The notes under the pieces were generated by a model that worked only from the letters and a program-made list of their open reading frames with translations, was not told the DNA's origin and made no database searches. A stretch of 64,000 nucleotides of DNA, taken from Bilabrum cf. latius (Eukaryota). A program made the position numbers and the translations under genes. The stretch spans positions 992,001-1,056,000 of the forward strand of contig OZ237754.1 in assembly GCA_965178125.1 (NCBI GenBank), in the 5' to 3' direction. Shown here in pieces: positions 50,501 to 61,952 of the stretch (positions are counted from its first letter, which is position 1; the number at the start of each line of letters is the position of its first letter).

Positions 50501-52863
50501 TCCGAGCTGTTCGTGACCTCGGTGACTTCATGGCGCAGCAGAGCCGGTCTGAGGTGAGCTGCATGGAATATGCGTGGTCTTGGAGGTGCTTTGACCTGTG
50601 CTGCTGCTGCTGCATGGGCGAGCGACAGGCAGTGGAGCAAGAGCATCAGCGTCGGATTGCCGTGCTCTGCGCCCGTCTGCTGCTAGTAGTCGACCATGCT
50701 GGTGAATCGAAGTACGCCAAGAGCGAGAGGTGCGCAATGGCGAACCGGGCGCTAGCAGCGCTGCAGAACCAGCCTACTGGCCCGGTGACTGCTGAAATGC
50801 TGCGGCCAGTCGTAGACCTGCCCGCCCTCTTTAACCCAGTTGCTCTTGGTTGGCGCCCGCCTCCCACATGCTGTCGCCGCTATTGCCACTGCCTCGTGCG
50901 GTGCTGCAACCGAGACGATGATTAGCAGCCGATGTTTCTGGTCCAGCAGATGGCAGCTGATGGCCGGCCGTATGGGTGCTGCCACGCCCGGCAAGATCCC
51001 CGAGATGACTCAACGGGCGACTGGGTGGATGAAGTCGAGAAGGAGGAGAAAGAGCATGGCGTGATTCCAGGCGCTGCTAACGCCTTGGCCGGCAACAGTT
51101 CAAGCTTGAGGGCACGTGTTACGTGCGCCAGCCCTGTCATGCCAGCTCCCGTACCTCCCACTTGTCCCGATGGCAGCCTGTCGTCCCCTGTACGAGTGGG
51201 GTGCGAGCTTCGACAACCCCACGAGGAAGAGGTGCACTGTCAACTGTGCGACTGTTTCGATTGCGGCCCCCTAGATCCCTTCCGCTGCGTGTGCTCTGTC
51301 GTCAGCCCAGGCATGCGAGGCACTGTGGATCTTCAGGACGATCAAGCAGCATCTAGGGCAGCAGAGCTCAAATTGGCTCTCCAGGTGGCCGCTTCAAGGA
51401 AGCTCTCCGCATTGAAAGGAGCTGGCAGTGCGTCCTCGTCCGGAGAGGAGGATCTCGGCCTCCCAGCTGGTAGCCAGCTAGAGCAGGAGCCAACGGACGA
51501 CGCCAGCGTCCAACTGGATGGGATTCAGCTCGGCCTCATTGCCGAAGAATCCAAGCAATCAATGCGCGGCAGTGATCTCGGTGAGGAACAGCCTTCTGGT
51601 ACCGCGCTGCACATGTCTCCAGCTCAAGATGCGAGGCTCAGCGCAATGATCCCAGGCTTTGACGACATGCCGGAAGCTGAGAAGTTGGAATACAGACAGG
51701 CATTTTCGATTGTTAGGCGTGGGACCCGCCGCTCACGGGAATAGTCGCAGTCGAGCCAACAGCCCGTCGCCACGCCGCATGGTCCGTCCCTCCACGACTT
51801 GCTTAAGGAGACGATGGAAGACGAGGGCATGCAGGCTGCCGTCCGGGGTACCATTTTGCGAGAGAAAGGCTCATGGAGCGCCGCAGTCACCGAGTCTGTG
51901 ATTTCCTTCGCTCTGCTTGCCCTCGCCCTCGCCTTCATCCTGTGGTTTATCCTGGCCTTCGGTCTTACCAGGGGCAGGGCGGTGATTTCGTCGTTTATGG
52001 TGACCTTCTGGGTGTCCCAAGCATTCACGTTCTTTGTGAGCTAGCCGTTGGTCATGCTTGGCTTTCTCATCTGGGCGGTCTCGTTCGCGCCCACGCTGGA
52101 GCGCTACATGAGCTGGATCCCGTGGTGCGGCACTGTAGGCGAGGCTGCTATTCTCAAAGAGAAGTAGGTCCTCACTGGGCGCATGCAGCACGTGGCCATG
52201 CTCCATGCTGTCGGGGCCACTGCGGGCTTCGCGGCCAAAGACAGTTTGCTGGTATTCTCGGTGTCATCGGCGCTGACATCTGCCTTGATCAAACAGTTCG
52301 ACAAGCCGGAAGGTAGAGTGGATCTGGACAGCGAGAGAGGCGAGGGCAGAGTAAGTCTCGCCATGCACGGCTTCATCGCAGAGTCCAAGAATGTCCCTGA
52401 GGATAGCCAAGGAGTCACCAAGGCAGCCGATGAGCGAGACGGCCCTGAGGCTCAAGAGAAGGCCCGCAAGCAGCGCGAAAAGAGGCAGAAAGAGGTGTTC
52501 AGGACCATGGAGCACCGGCTGCACGGCCTGTTACTGCGGGAGTTTGCCAGACTGCGGTTCAAGCTGGCCGTGGACGGAGTCCAGAGAGCGATCGACGGCA
52601 TCGTGAAGGCTGTCTCTGAGGCTTAGCATTCCCTGGGTGCTCTGGAGGCGGACAGGATGGAGGGATCTGCAGCTGGTGCATATGGTGCAGAAAGTACCGG
52701 CCATTCCATGACCCAAGCGAGTCGCCTATCTGCAACAAAGACGCGCGCTCAGATGGTGAAGCGGGTGCTCGCAGATGTTGTCCGCACGCAGAGGGGCCGA
52801 CTGCATCCGGAGGTGCAACAGGCCCTGAATGACATTGCGCCGGGCAATCCGGTGGATGAATGA
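32503..52863 (+). CDS. Giant (~6,786 aa) PKD1/REJ-like membrane protein: signal peptide, ELWxxDGT-like region, ~20 cadherin/Ig-like repeats, REJ-like region, GPS motif, several TM helices; 27 in-frame TAG, no in-frame TAA/TGA
   Basis: All + strand ORFs from 32473 to 52863 in this frame are separated only by TAG. Signal peptide MFVSTVATLTVLVPLASA. GPS motif CIYWNEEEERWQGDGC...CRCNHLTDF at ~48541-48650 followed by TM FIAIGAICLFILLSAFGTL. REJ-like VNMPPVPGT and GWMDDPEDLPL. Ends TGA. Confidence 0.88.
38611..44637 (+). repeat. Coding tandem array of 15 near-identical 411-bp (137-aa) units, the last one partial
   Basis: GACGATGTGTCTGCGAGCGCGG recurs every 411 bp: 38611, 39022 ... 42721 ... 44365. 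Confidence 0.97.
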
Positions 52864-53037
52864 TGTAGTTTACCGATGGATAGACCTGACAGTTTAGCCA
52901 ATGTGTCTTTTATTTGTACTTCGGACGAACTGAAACTGAATGATGAAATGTACGCTTCCCTCCACCAACCCCCCCCCCCCCACAAATAGCATCATATTCA
53001 TTCTCTCTCTCCCATTCCAAATAAACTATGTCTCTTC

Positions 53038-53193
53038 CAGGTCGCCATGACTGTGGTGATTCGGGCGGAGGTCAAGATGGGGCACATGCCCGACGGGTGC
53101 CTGAAGGACGCGAAGCAGGTCGCCATGACTGTGGTGATTCGGGCGGAGGTCAAGATGGGGCACATGCCCGACGGGTGCCTGAAGGACGCGAAG
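53038..53193. repeat. Perfect 78-bp tandem duplication (2 copies)
   Basis: CAGGTCGCCATGACTGTGG...GGACGCGAAG begins at 53038 and again at 53116. Confidence 0.95.
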
Positions 53194-53627
53194 AAACTTG
53201 CCGCATCATGAGATAGTGCGGTGGATGGGCATAATCCTATTTTGTCCTAGCTCGCGCAGGCCAGCAATCTGAGGCACATCAAGAAATGGACGCACCTGCC
53301 CCTGTGGCTGTCGGCTGTTGATCCTAGCGACCGTGAAGAGATGGAAGCGGCTGGTGTCAAGGTGAAAAGTGGTCAGTGGGGCGGTGCAGCTGCCAGTGAC
53401 TGGGTTGTTCTACTCGGCCCCACAACTGTCCGAGGACAAGAAACGCGCGCTATTGTCCCAAATCAAGCGTCCTGCAGCGTACGTGGCTCGTGTCTAGAGG
53501 CGAGATGATTCAGACCTCTAAGGGGGCAATAGGCGAGATAAGTAGCAGCTTGCCGTGGGTCCATCTGCATAACGCCTCAAGAAAGAACCCGCCTGGCTCC
53601 TGCATAACGCCTCAGGGGCCCCGCCCG

Positions 53628-53988
53628 TGCCGGGGGCCGGTAGCCAGGGCCAGAGGCAGGGTGGGAGTGGGAGTGGAGGAGGTGCCCCGGGAGGTGGGCA
53701 GCCAGGCGGACAAATGCTGCATTTGCAGGCGGCGCTGCAGCAGCTGGCATCGGCGAGACAGGGCGAGGCACAGCCCCCTCAGCATGTTGGGGCGACTGGT
53801 GGCGCGACTGGGGCCAGGTGCAGCTGAACCAATGCGCCGTCTGGGCGAGCTGGTGCCGGGTTGATCGGCACGGGCAATGGTGCGGGCCCAGCAGGAGACG
53901 ATAAGAGTGATTATATAGATGAGAGGGACTGAGGCATAGTTTCTGTCGATTTATTGCGCTGGTTCCGTGTGCATAGCAGAGTGTTCCT
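53628..53988 (+). pseudogene. Diverged copy of the 3' end and 3' UTR of the SAPS-like gene
   Basis: Aligns to 31687-32055 with substitutions and a small deletion. No upstream SAPS sequence is present. Confidence 0.75.
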
Positions 53989-54247
53989 ATCACGTTCCAT
54001 TGCAGGACAGTCTGAGCTCTAGCTGTAATCAAGTTTGGGGACGTCGTCCAGGTAGCTGATTAATAGCCTCCATCGGCATTTTTTTCTTTGCAGATGCATC
54101 AGATATCCGGACTTGAGTCGTCGGAAGCCACCGAATGGCTGCAGTTGCACTTCGCTCCGCAATTGACGAGAGAACGCAATTTGGGCACACGCACACACAT
54201 TGTTCCAAGGCATAAAAACACTGAACTTTGAGTATTACACGTAAATT

Positions 54248-56392
54248 ATGAAGTTGCATCCTGCTGCATGGTTAGCAGCGGCATTGTGCGCTGCATCAAC
54301 AGTAAGATCGTTCCGTCCGAGTGGGAGCCAGAGCGCGTCATATATAAGCTTACCGGCGGAGATGAAGCAACTTCTGATGCACTCACGCCGCAGTGTGCGC
54401 ATGCATCATCTGCTATTCTAGGCGTAGAGTTTGGTGGGGTCATGGCATTTGCAGACCAGTGGACAAGCACTAAAGCTCCGAAGACATTGAACGGGTCAGG
54501 CGCAGCACCTGTTGACAATCATGGGTGGCCTATGAGCGACTTTTTTCAAGTAAGAATGGAATATCATTGAGCGCAATAACCGCGACTGTTTTCTGTTAAC
54601 TTGGAGTTGGCCTACTACCTGACTTCGGACGCCGGTTCAAGCAGGTGGTGTTCGATCTGCGGCCATCCTTCGCGTGGGCCCCACCAGAGGTGAGAAATGA
54701 ATGAGAACAAGTACGGCGCGAGACGTGCATCAAATTCATACCAATTTGTCGTTTTTATGATCCGATGCAAGACGCAGGATGACCCCCAGCACATCGGGGA
54801 GTGGACCGCTGGCGTGTGGCAGATGCGCTTCCAGGGACTCGCCAACGTGAGCTGCATCGTGGACCCGAACGCGGGCTGCGCCTGGCAGTTCAGCGAGCTC
54901 TCTTACGAGGAGGACACGAACTGGTCCTACCTCAACCTGACCATGCCATCGGAGAAGTGGCACCCGGAGCTGAACCTGATGCTGCTCAACTTCACCGACA
55001 CCAGGCGCAACCTCACCGCGCCCCTGGGCTCGGGCATCAGCAACATCAGCCTCATCATCCCGAACCACACGTTTGCCGATGCTGACATCCACACGGGCCA
55101 GTTCTTCTCCAACAACCTCATCACGGCCATCAAGAGCATCAAGGCCTGCAAACACGCCCGATTCATGGGCGCACTGCACACCAACTACAAGTCTGGATTC
55201 TACGGTGAGTCTGCGACCCCTTTCGCTTCCGATTGGGCGTATCCATGCAAGCAAATGCATTGTAACTGACACTACTCTGCTTCGTTTCACACCAATGCTG
55301 TCACACGCAGGTGATCCGGGCCATCACATCATCGAGTGGTACCAGCGGCACACTCCTGCCGATGCCAGCCGGAAATACAGTGCTCGCGACAACCCGTAGG
55401 GCGGTGGCATATCATGGGAGGCGATCGCTAAGTATGCCAGCACCTTTGGGCAGGACGTCTGGGTGAACCTGCCAGTGGGCGCCTCTTCTGCCTGCATGCC
55501 GGTGCCACAGGGTAGCAGCTGCTGGAGCGGCAACAGCAGCTCCTACGTCTCTCAGGCGGCCAAGCTTCTCCACGACCAGCTGCCCAAGGACTCGGCCGTG
55601 TACATAGAGCACTCCAACGAGGTCTGGAACTTCGGATTCTCCCAATACACGTACAACAAGCTCAACGCGCTGGACGTTTGCAAGACCACCAGTAACAAGG
55701 ACGCCATCTGCAGCGTGCCCTGCCCATCCAAGAAAGATCCCAATAGCACGCTGCCCTGCAATAACCAAGAGGTGCTCGGCCAGCGCAGGCACCTGCAGCG
55801 GCTCTATGAGAGCGTTCGGGAGTTCGCGGTTATCTTTGGCGAGAGTGAGATCAACAACCGAATCAGAGGCATCTACGCCGAGTGGAGCCGCTTCCCGCAG
55901 CACTACAACGACACACTCACTTGGTTTGAGACGGCTTACGGCAAGGGGGCGGCTGCCAAGTACTTGTGGGGTGTCGCGGCCACTGCCTACTTCAACTACA
56001 ACCAGACCGCTGCTGGCCCCAAGACCCTGCCCAGCAAGGCTCCCGTGGACGACATCGTGAAGGGGTACAGCCTCACGGCCAACAACGTGTCGCTGGACGA
56101 AGTTGAGATCGCCGCTGTCGGCAAGGCCTTTGGTCTCAAGATGACATCGTACGAGGCAGGACCCGGCATGAAGGTCGGCACCAAGACTGACCTCAGCAAC
56201 GTGCTGCTGGCACACGCTAACGAGGGCATGCACCAGGTCATGCTGGACTGGTACAAGACCTACGGGGAGGTCTTTGATATCCTTCACCAGTTCTCTCTGG
56301 CTGGGTACTGGAGTAGGTACGGGGCTTGGGGTGCCACGCGCATCCTGAGCGATACTGACGGGCCCAAGTTCAGCGCGCTCAAGGAGATGTGA
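54248..56392 (+). CDS. Secreted glycoside-hydrolase-like protein (clan GH-A-like TIM barrel); exons 54248-54301, 54394-54549, 54645-54689, 54778-55204, 55311-56392; TAG 55397-55399
   Basis: Signal peptide MKLHPAAWLAAALCAAST|CAHA; VDNHGWP, ARFMG, ISWEAIAKYA...DVWVNLP, VYIEHSNEVWN (candidate acid/base) and TSYEAG (candidate nucleophile). Four GT-AG introns restore the frame. Confidence 0.75.
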
Positions 56393-56516
56393 CGCGATCA
56401 GTAGGAACGGCATCGCGTGCACTTCCTGGCCTCTGACGCTACGCTTCGAATGTATTATACCGTGCCCTTCCCCGCAATCCCGTATCGTCAACCACGCTGC
56501 CATTGCCACGTAAACA

Positions 56517-59500
56517 TCAGTTCTCGGTAGTGCACATGGAGCACACCTTGGGCGCGCCTTCTCTGGTCTTGTTCTCGAACGTGCATGCTATGCAGTTCCA
56601 TGTGACCAGGGGTGCATTGGCGCGCGCGCCCCCGCCCCCCCTACCGATCCGCACTCCCGTCTCCCGGGGCTGAGATCCTCCGGACCCGCGAGAGCCTGTC
56701 TCCCAGGGTTTGCGACGGCGGCCACTCGCCGATCCACCTGCAGGCTTGCCCTTGCCTGCAGCAGCCTTTGCAGGCCCTCCCTCGGCCACCCACTGCTTGA
56801 ACTCCGCCTCTGACCGCACCATCACGGTGAGGCCATCCCTCAGGCCCAGGGCGGCCAGGATGGGGTCTTCCTGTGCGCTAGAGTCAGGATCGTGCCACTT
56901 GAGCTCGTGGGCTGTGCGGCCGCTTGGCTTAGGACCGTACCCCGCCACTTTGGCCAGTCCAACTCCCTGCCACACCTTGGCATCGCCGTCAGCTGTAGCA
57001 GCACCTGCCCGCCCTGCAGCACCTCCGGCTGACTCTCCAGCGCTACTCGCGGCGGCCGCAGCAGGAGAGGCTCCCGCATCATCTGTCTGCAAAGCGGCAC
57101 CCGCAGGCCCTGAATCTGCGGGCCCTGATCCCTCCGTGGGGTCGTTGCCCCCTTCAGCCTCCACGGGCACCTTTAGCTTGCGCGCCGCCAGTTCCTTAAG
57201 TTGCAGAATGGGCATTTTCTTGGGCACAATAACCTCCACGGGGGGGTTCAGCCGCATGGCGAGAGGCCGCCACCGCTGCAGCGAGATGATCATGTCGTGC
57301 GGGCCCACTTCCTCCGCCTCGGGGAGCAGCTGCACGCACAGCTCCAAGCCGTCCTCGAGCCTCCGGACCTCGTTTTTGAGAGGGCGGGCATCCCGTAAGA
57401 TCTTGCCGGGGCCCTCCCTCTGCTTCTTTTCCCGGAGCCGAATGCGGTTGGTCGGCAGCGATATGCCTCTCGACTCGAGCGCTGCGCATATCTTGCGCTT
57501 TAGCTGCCGCACCGGGGCCGTGGACTTGGCTGGAAGCTCGCACAGTCGGTGAAAGCGGGTGCCCGCTCCGCCCTTCTTGCGGCCCGCAGTACCGCCGCCC
57601 CGCCCACGCAGCACGGGTCGCTACCCAGGCATGCGGGGCCCAGCACCTGGCGGGGGCGATGGTGAAGTGCCCTCGCTCGCTTCTGTCGCAGCCCCGGAGG
57701 CGCTCGAAGCAGGCGAGCCGCGCCCCGCGGAAGCTGTCTCGCTGCCATCCTGGGAGTTGTGCGAGCCAGCTTCTGCGGGCTCAGCTGCTGTGCGACCCTG
57801 CTGCTTGCGCTTCCACTCCTCGACCGAAGTGCCCAGTAGGAATATCTTGCTGCGGTACTCGTCAGCCGCCATCTGCACCCCAAAGCACACATGCACGATG
57901 GATCTATCCACCAAACACAGGCCATCCCTGCGTTTGCCCCCCGTCTCTGCCGCCCTCATGTTCTGCCTCCTCAGCACGTCCACTGGGTCTCCCACGATCT
58001 GCTCCAGGTCCTTCACCACGGCCCCACGCACGCTGCGGCGCAAGTAAAAGTCGTCTGGATCTGCCCCAATCTGCGCTCCCACGGCCTCTTTCAGGGCCCG
58101 AACTGTGTCGGTGCGGCGCACGGTGACGGACCGGGAGTAGTCGGGGGGCGGTAACAGGTCCTCCCCGCCCGCCGCAGCCACTAGCTCAGGATCCACAGGC
58201 TCGTTGAAGCTGATTGCGATGGACGCGCGCTCAGCGTCGAACCTATCCTTGAAGGTAGCATGTACCACCTCCGCATCCTCCGATGGAGATGGAGGGGCGC
58301 TGGGTGCATCTGCCCCGGTGGGCGAGTCGTCCTCGAGCACAACGGTGCATCCAGAGTACGCGCCGAACTCCCTGCGCAGGTCAGCTTCCGCATCGCCCAC
58401 CAGCCGCACCAGAACGTCGCCGTCCAGCAGCCACACCTTCCTGCCTGGTTTGGCCAGCCCCAGCCCCGGTACCCTCTTCTGCCCCGCCTCGGAGGCGAGC
58501 GCGTCCAGCAGTCGGTCCAGGTCGCCCAGCTGGGCACCGTCACCTCCCAGCCGCACGCCCACCTGCGGCATGGCGGCCAGGCTCTCCTCCAGGGACACAG
58601 CGGGGGCCTGCTCCTCACCGCAAGCAGCTCCAGATCCAGACGCGGCAACCTCAGCGACCTTGCGCGCAGGATCCTTGTCCGGCATGTAGCGCACCACCCG
58701 CAGCACCACGTCGTCCTTCGAATAGGGGGCCCAGCGCCTGTCCGCGGGTCGCAGCTCGAGGAACAGATCCGTGGCACCCGAGACTCCAATCCATGACAAG
58801 GGGCACTGCAAGGGGCCGGCAGGCATGGAGGCACCACCACGGGCAGCCACTTCCCCGCCCGACCCACCGCTGGCCGCCCCCTCCTTGGTCTTAGTCTTGT
58901 CCGTCTCTTCCTCTTCTTGTGCCCTACGTCTCTCCGCAAGTCGGTCCAGCTCGCGGGCAGCTACACTCGTCAGGGGCTCCTGCGGCACGCCCGCCGCACT
59001 GTTGAAGCGGCGCAGGCGCACCCTCCAAGCGTCTGGGTCGGCTTCGGCACTGCTGCCCTCCGGTGGCACCAGAGCCAGCAATGCTGCAGCGGCCTTGGCT
59101 CGGTCTTCCCCGATGCCTGCCACGTCTTCACCCGCCTCCCGCAGCGCGTTCAGCAGGCCCTCTAGGTCGGCAACCGGTGTTTCCTTCCCTGCTGCATCGG
59201 CGCCTTCCGCAGACTCCCCGCTCTTCTCGGATAGCCCGCTGCCCACCGCGGCGACAGCTTGTCTAGTTGCCTCCGCCAGGGAGCTCCCCCGCCATATGTC
59301 GGCCTGGGCTGCAGCCAGGGCGGAATCATGACTCGGGCCATCATTGTCGGAAGCAAGGCTGGCTTGCACAGCCCCCCCGCCGGCGATCGAAGCCTCCAGC
59401 AGTTTCTCCTCGGGGCTGGCGGCTGCCACGGGCGAGTCCCCACCTGCACCACCCCCTGCCGCTTCAGATGCGGGGCGTAGTCTCTCGCCACCACTCTGCG

Positions 59501-61523
59501 CTCCTGGCCCCCTCACCCTCACCTGCGCGATGGCCCTCCTCACCCGGCTGGCTCGCAGCAGCTTCTCGTACACCCCGTTGAAGCCCTCGATCGCCTCTCG
59601 GACGGGCCCGGGTGGCACGGGCTCCACCAGAGTGGCGGCACAAGCCTCTGTGCCCCTCGCCTCCGATGCCTCCTCGGAGGCGGGCGGGGCGTCCTACGAT
59701 GCATCTTGGGCGCAGCGCACGTACAGGAGCAGGTACGCGTTACCTGCTGGCCCCCCAGTCTATTCTGGTTTCTCTGGTGTATGACTTTTGTTTGGCTTGG
59801 CCTAGTCGTCCTCAACCTGATCTCCTGTATCCTACTCGGTCTCGACTCCAACCGATTGCCCAGGGTCCGCTGCGTCCTCTTGCATCTTACCGGATTCGCC
59901 AAGACTATCCCCCTTGTCATCCGCGCCTTCTGAATCCACTTTTTTGCCATCCGTGCCTTTCCCATCCTCCTATTGCCCATCCGAGTCTCCGGCTACCTCC
60001 GACGAATTGAGATCCATTGCTCGTAGGAGTGCCTGCAGGTCAGGACCCCTCAGTGGCTTGACGTGGGCGTCGTTGCATTCGAACCACTCCCCTGCCCGCT
60101 TCTTCTCATCTGTCTCCGCTTCCCACACGCGGGCCGTACCGCCGCCGTCCTCCTCATCCACCGCCACATCTTTCCAGCGACCCTGCGGCAGCCTGGTACC
60201 CGCTGCCGCCCCCGGACACACGTACATGAAGTAGTGCCCTCCCCCCGCCGAGCCCACGTGGATGAGCACAGCGTACAGGCGGTACACGCCAGACCTGTGT
60301 CCCTCTTCGCCGGATTTGAGGGAGCCATGCGTGGTGAGGGGCGCGGATGGCACCTCGGGCCCGGTGCCCTCCACTCTCTTCTCCTGCTTGGCCTTGGCCC
60401 TGGCCTGCTCCCTGTCTGTTTCCTTCTTCTCGGCTGCTTCGTCCCCATCTCTTTCTTCCTCCTTGTCCTCCTCATCCTCCTCCGACGTGAGGGCAGAACC
60501 CATATCCAACACCTCCGGGAATCGGAATGACTGCTGCAGCTTGACCCTCCGCATCACCTGCAGGTCGTACACGAACCGCTTCAGATGCATGCACAGCATG
60601 GGGGGCAGAGCGACCAGGCTCATGCCCTTGCGGGCAGTCCTCTTGCGCCCGCACGAGTCGCAGTGCCAGCCCTCGATGCTCTCGGATCGACCAGAGGCGC
60701 GGATGGACTCCACTAGGGAAGGAACTCCGCTCACGGGCAGCTCCAGGTCGATGAACGGCTGGCGCGTGGCTCTCCTGTACCCGCACCCCTCATGCGTGCA
60801 CGCGATGTGGTCGGACGAGTACCCGCGCAACAAGTCCCACACCAAGTGCTCGCGCAAATAGGCGGACAGTGTGGCACGAGTGCCCTGCGCCGCCCTTAGT
60901 GCGACTTCCTCGCCCGCCTCCACGCTGTCCTCGGACGGCAGTGGGCGTGGGGCGGCCGACTCGCTGCCAATGGTGGGGTCAGAGGCACCTTCGCGGTCCG
61001 GCGCGGGCAAATCCTGCTCTCCTGCGGCCTGCTGCAGGCGGGAGCGGGTCTGTGTGTAACTGTTTTCCATGGCCTCCAGCAACAAGTGCAGCAGCTCCTG
61101 CACGTCGTGCTGCTTGAACGCATCAGCTCCTCCCCACCCGAAGGCTTCCGTAAGGCCACCCGTGGTCTGAGCTGGGGCGCGGGAAAGCTGCATGCCAGCA
61201 AAGAGGGCCTGCAGCTGGGCTGGAATAGCAGATAATTCCTAGGCAGCGGCAGACTCGCCTGGGTCATTCCGCCACTCGTACACGCGTTTCCTGAAGTCTG
61301 GGGAGTGAAACAATGCCTGCACCAGCGAGTTCAGGTAGCAAGTCGCGCCCTAATTCACCAAGCCACTGAGCCCATGCGATGGTTTTTCAGCAAAAAACTG
61401 TGATCCGCGCGTTTTGATTGCAGATTCCAAAGCAGGCCTAACAGAGTGCAGAAGCTTCAAGTCTTCCTCAGAAGGCGGTCTCAATTCGAAGTCTTGGTCC
61501 CGCGCGTCAATGGAACCCGACAT
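56517..61523 (-). CDS. Ubiquitin-specific protease (USP47/USP40/USP7-like) with probable UBL regions and a C-terminal RanBP2/NZF zinc finger; 7 in-frame TAG
   Basis: Cys box GLVN*GATCYLNSLVQ, FGW...QHDVQEL, LCMHLKRF, His box YAVLIHVGSAGGGHY, WFECNDAHV, NAYLLLYVR; WNCIACTFEN...CSMC then TGA. Confidence 0.92.
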
Positions 61524-61952
61524 ATGATTCCTATAGGGGGGTTTATAGAAATACCGCAATAATTGACGCCTGCGGGTTGAAACATTGGTGCGATAGGTCG
61601 AGCATGGTGTGAAAAAAGCGTGGGATCCATCCGCAGGCTTCAGAGAGGGGCCCCGAGGCTGTGCATTGCAATGAGTGCGCCATTATTTGCATGCATCGGT
61701 GATTCAAATTGCTAGAACACTGTCTCACACCAAACAGGCACCAGTTCAAAGCAAGGACGGACTGAGTGGATCGATAGTTTGCATAACGTTCTTGAAAACT
61801 CGGATCCACCTATAGGTAGTACCGTGCACATTGCCATAGCACTGCCAACCGAGTCAACTAAGCGTGAATGAGGCTACCCCACGGACCCTCGTGGCATGAC
61901 GTCGCACTGCATGTCTGGAGCAGCTCTCAAGGGCCAATGCAATCCCCCCAGG

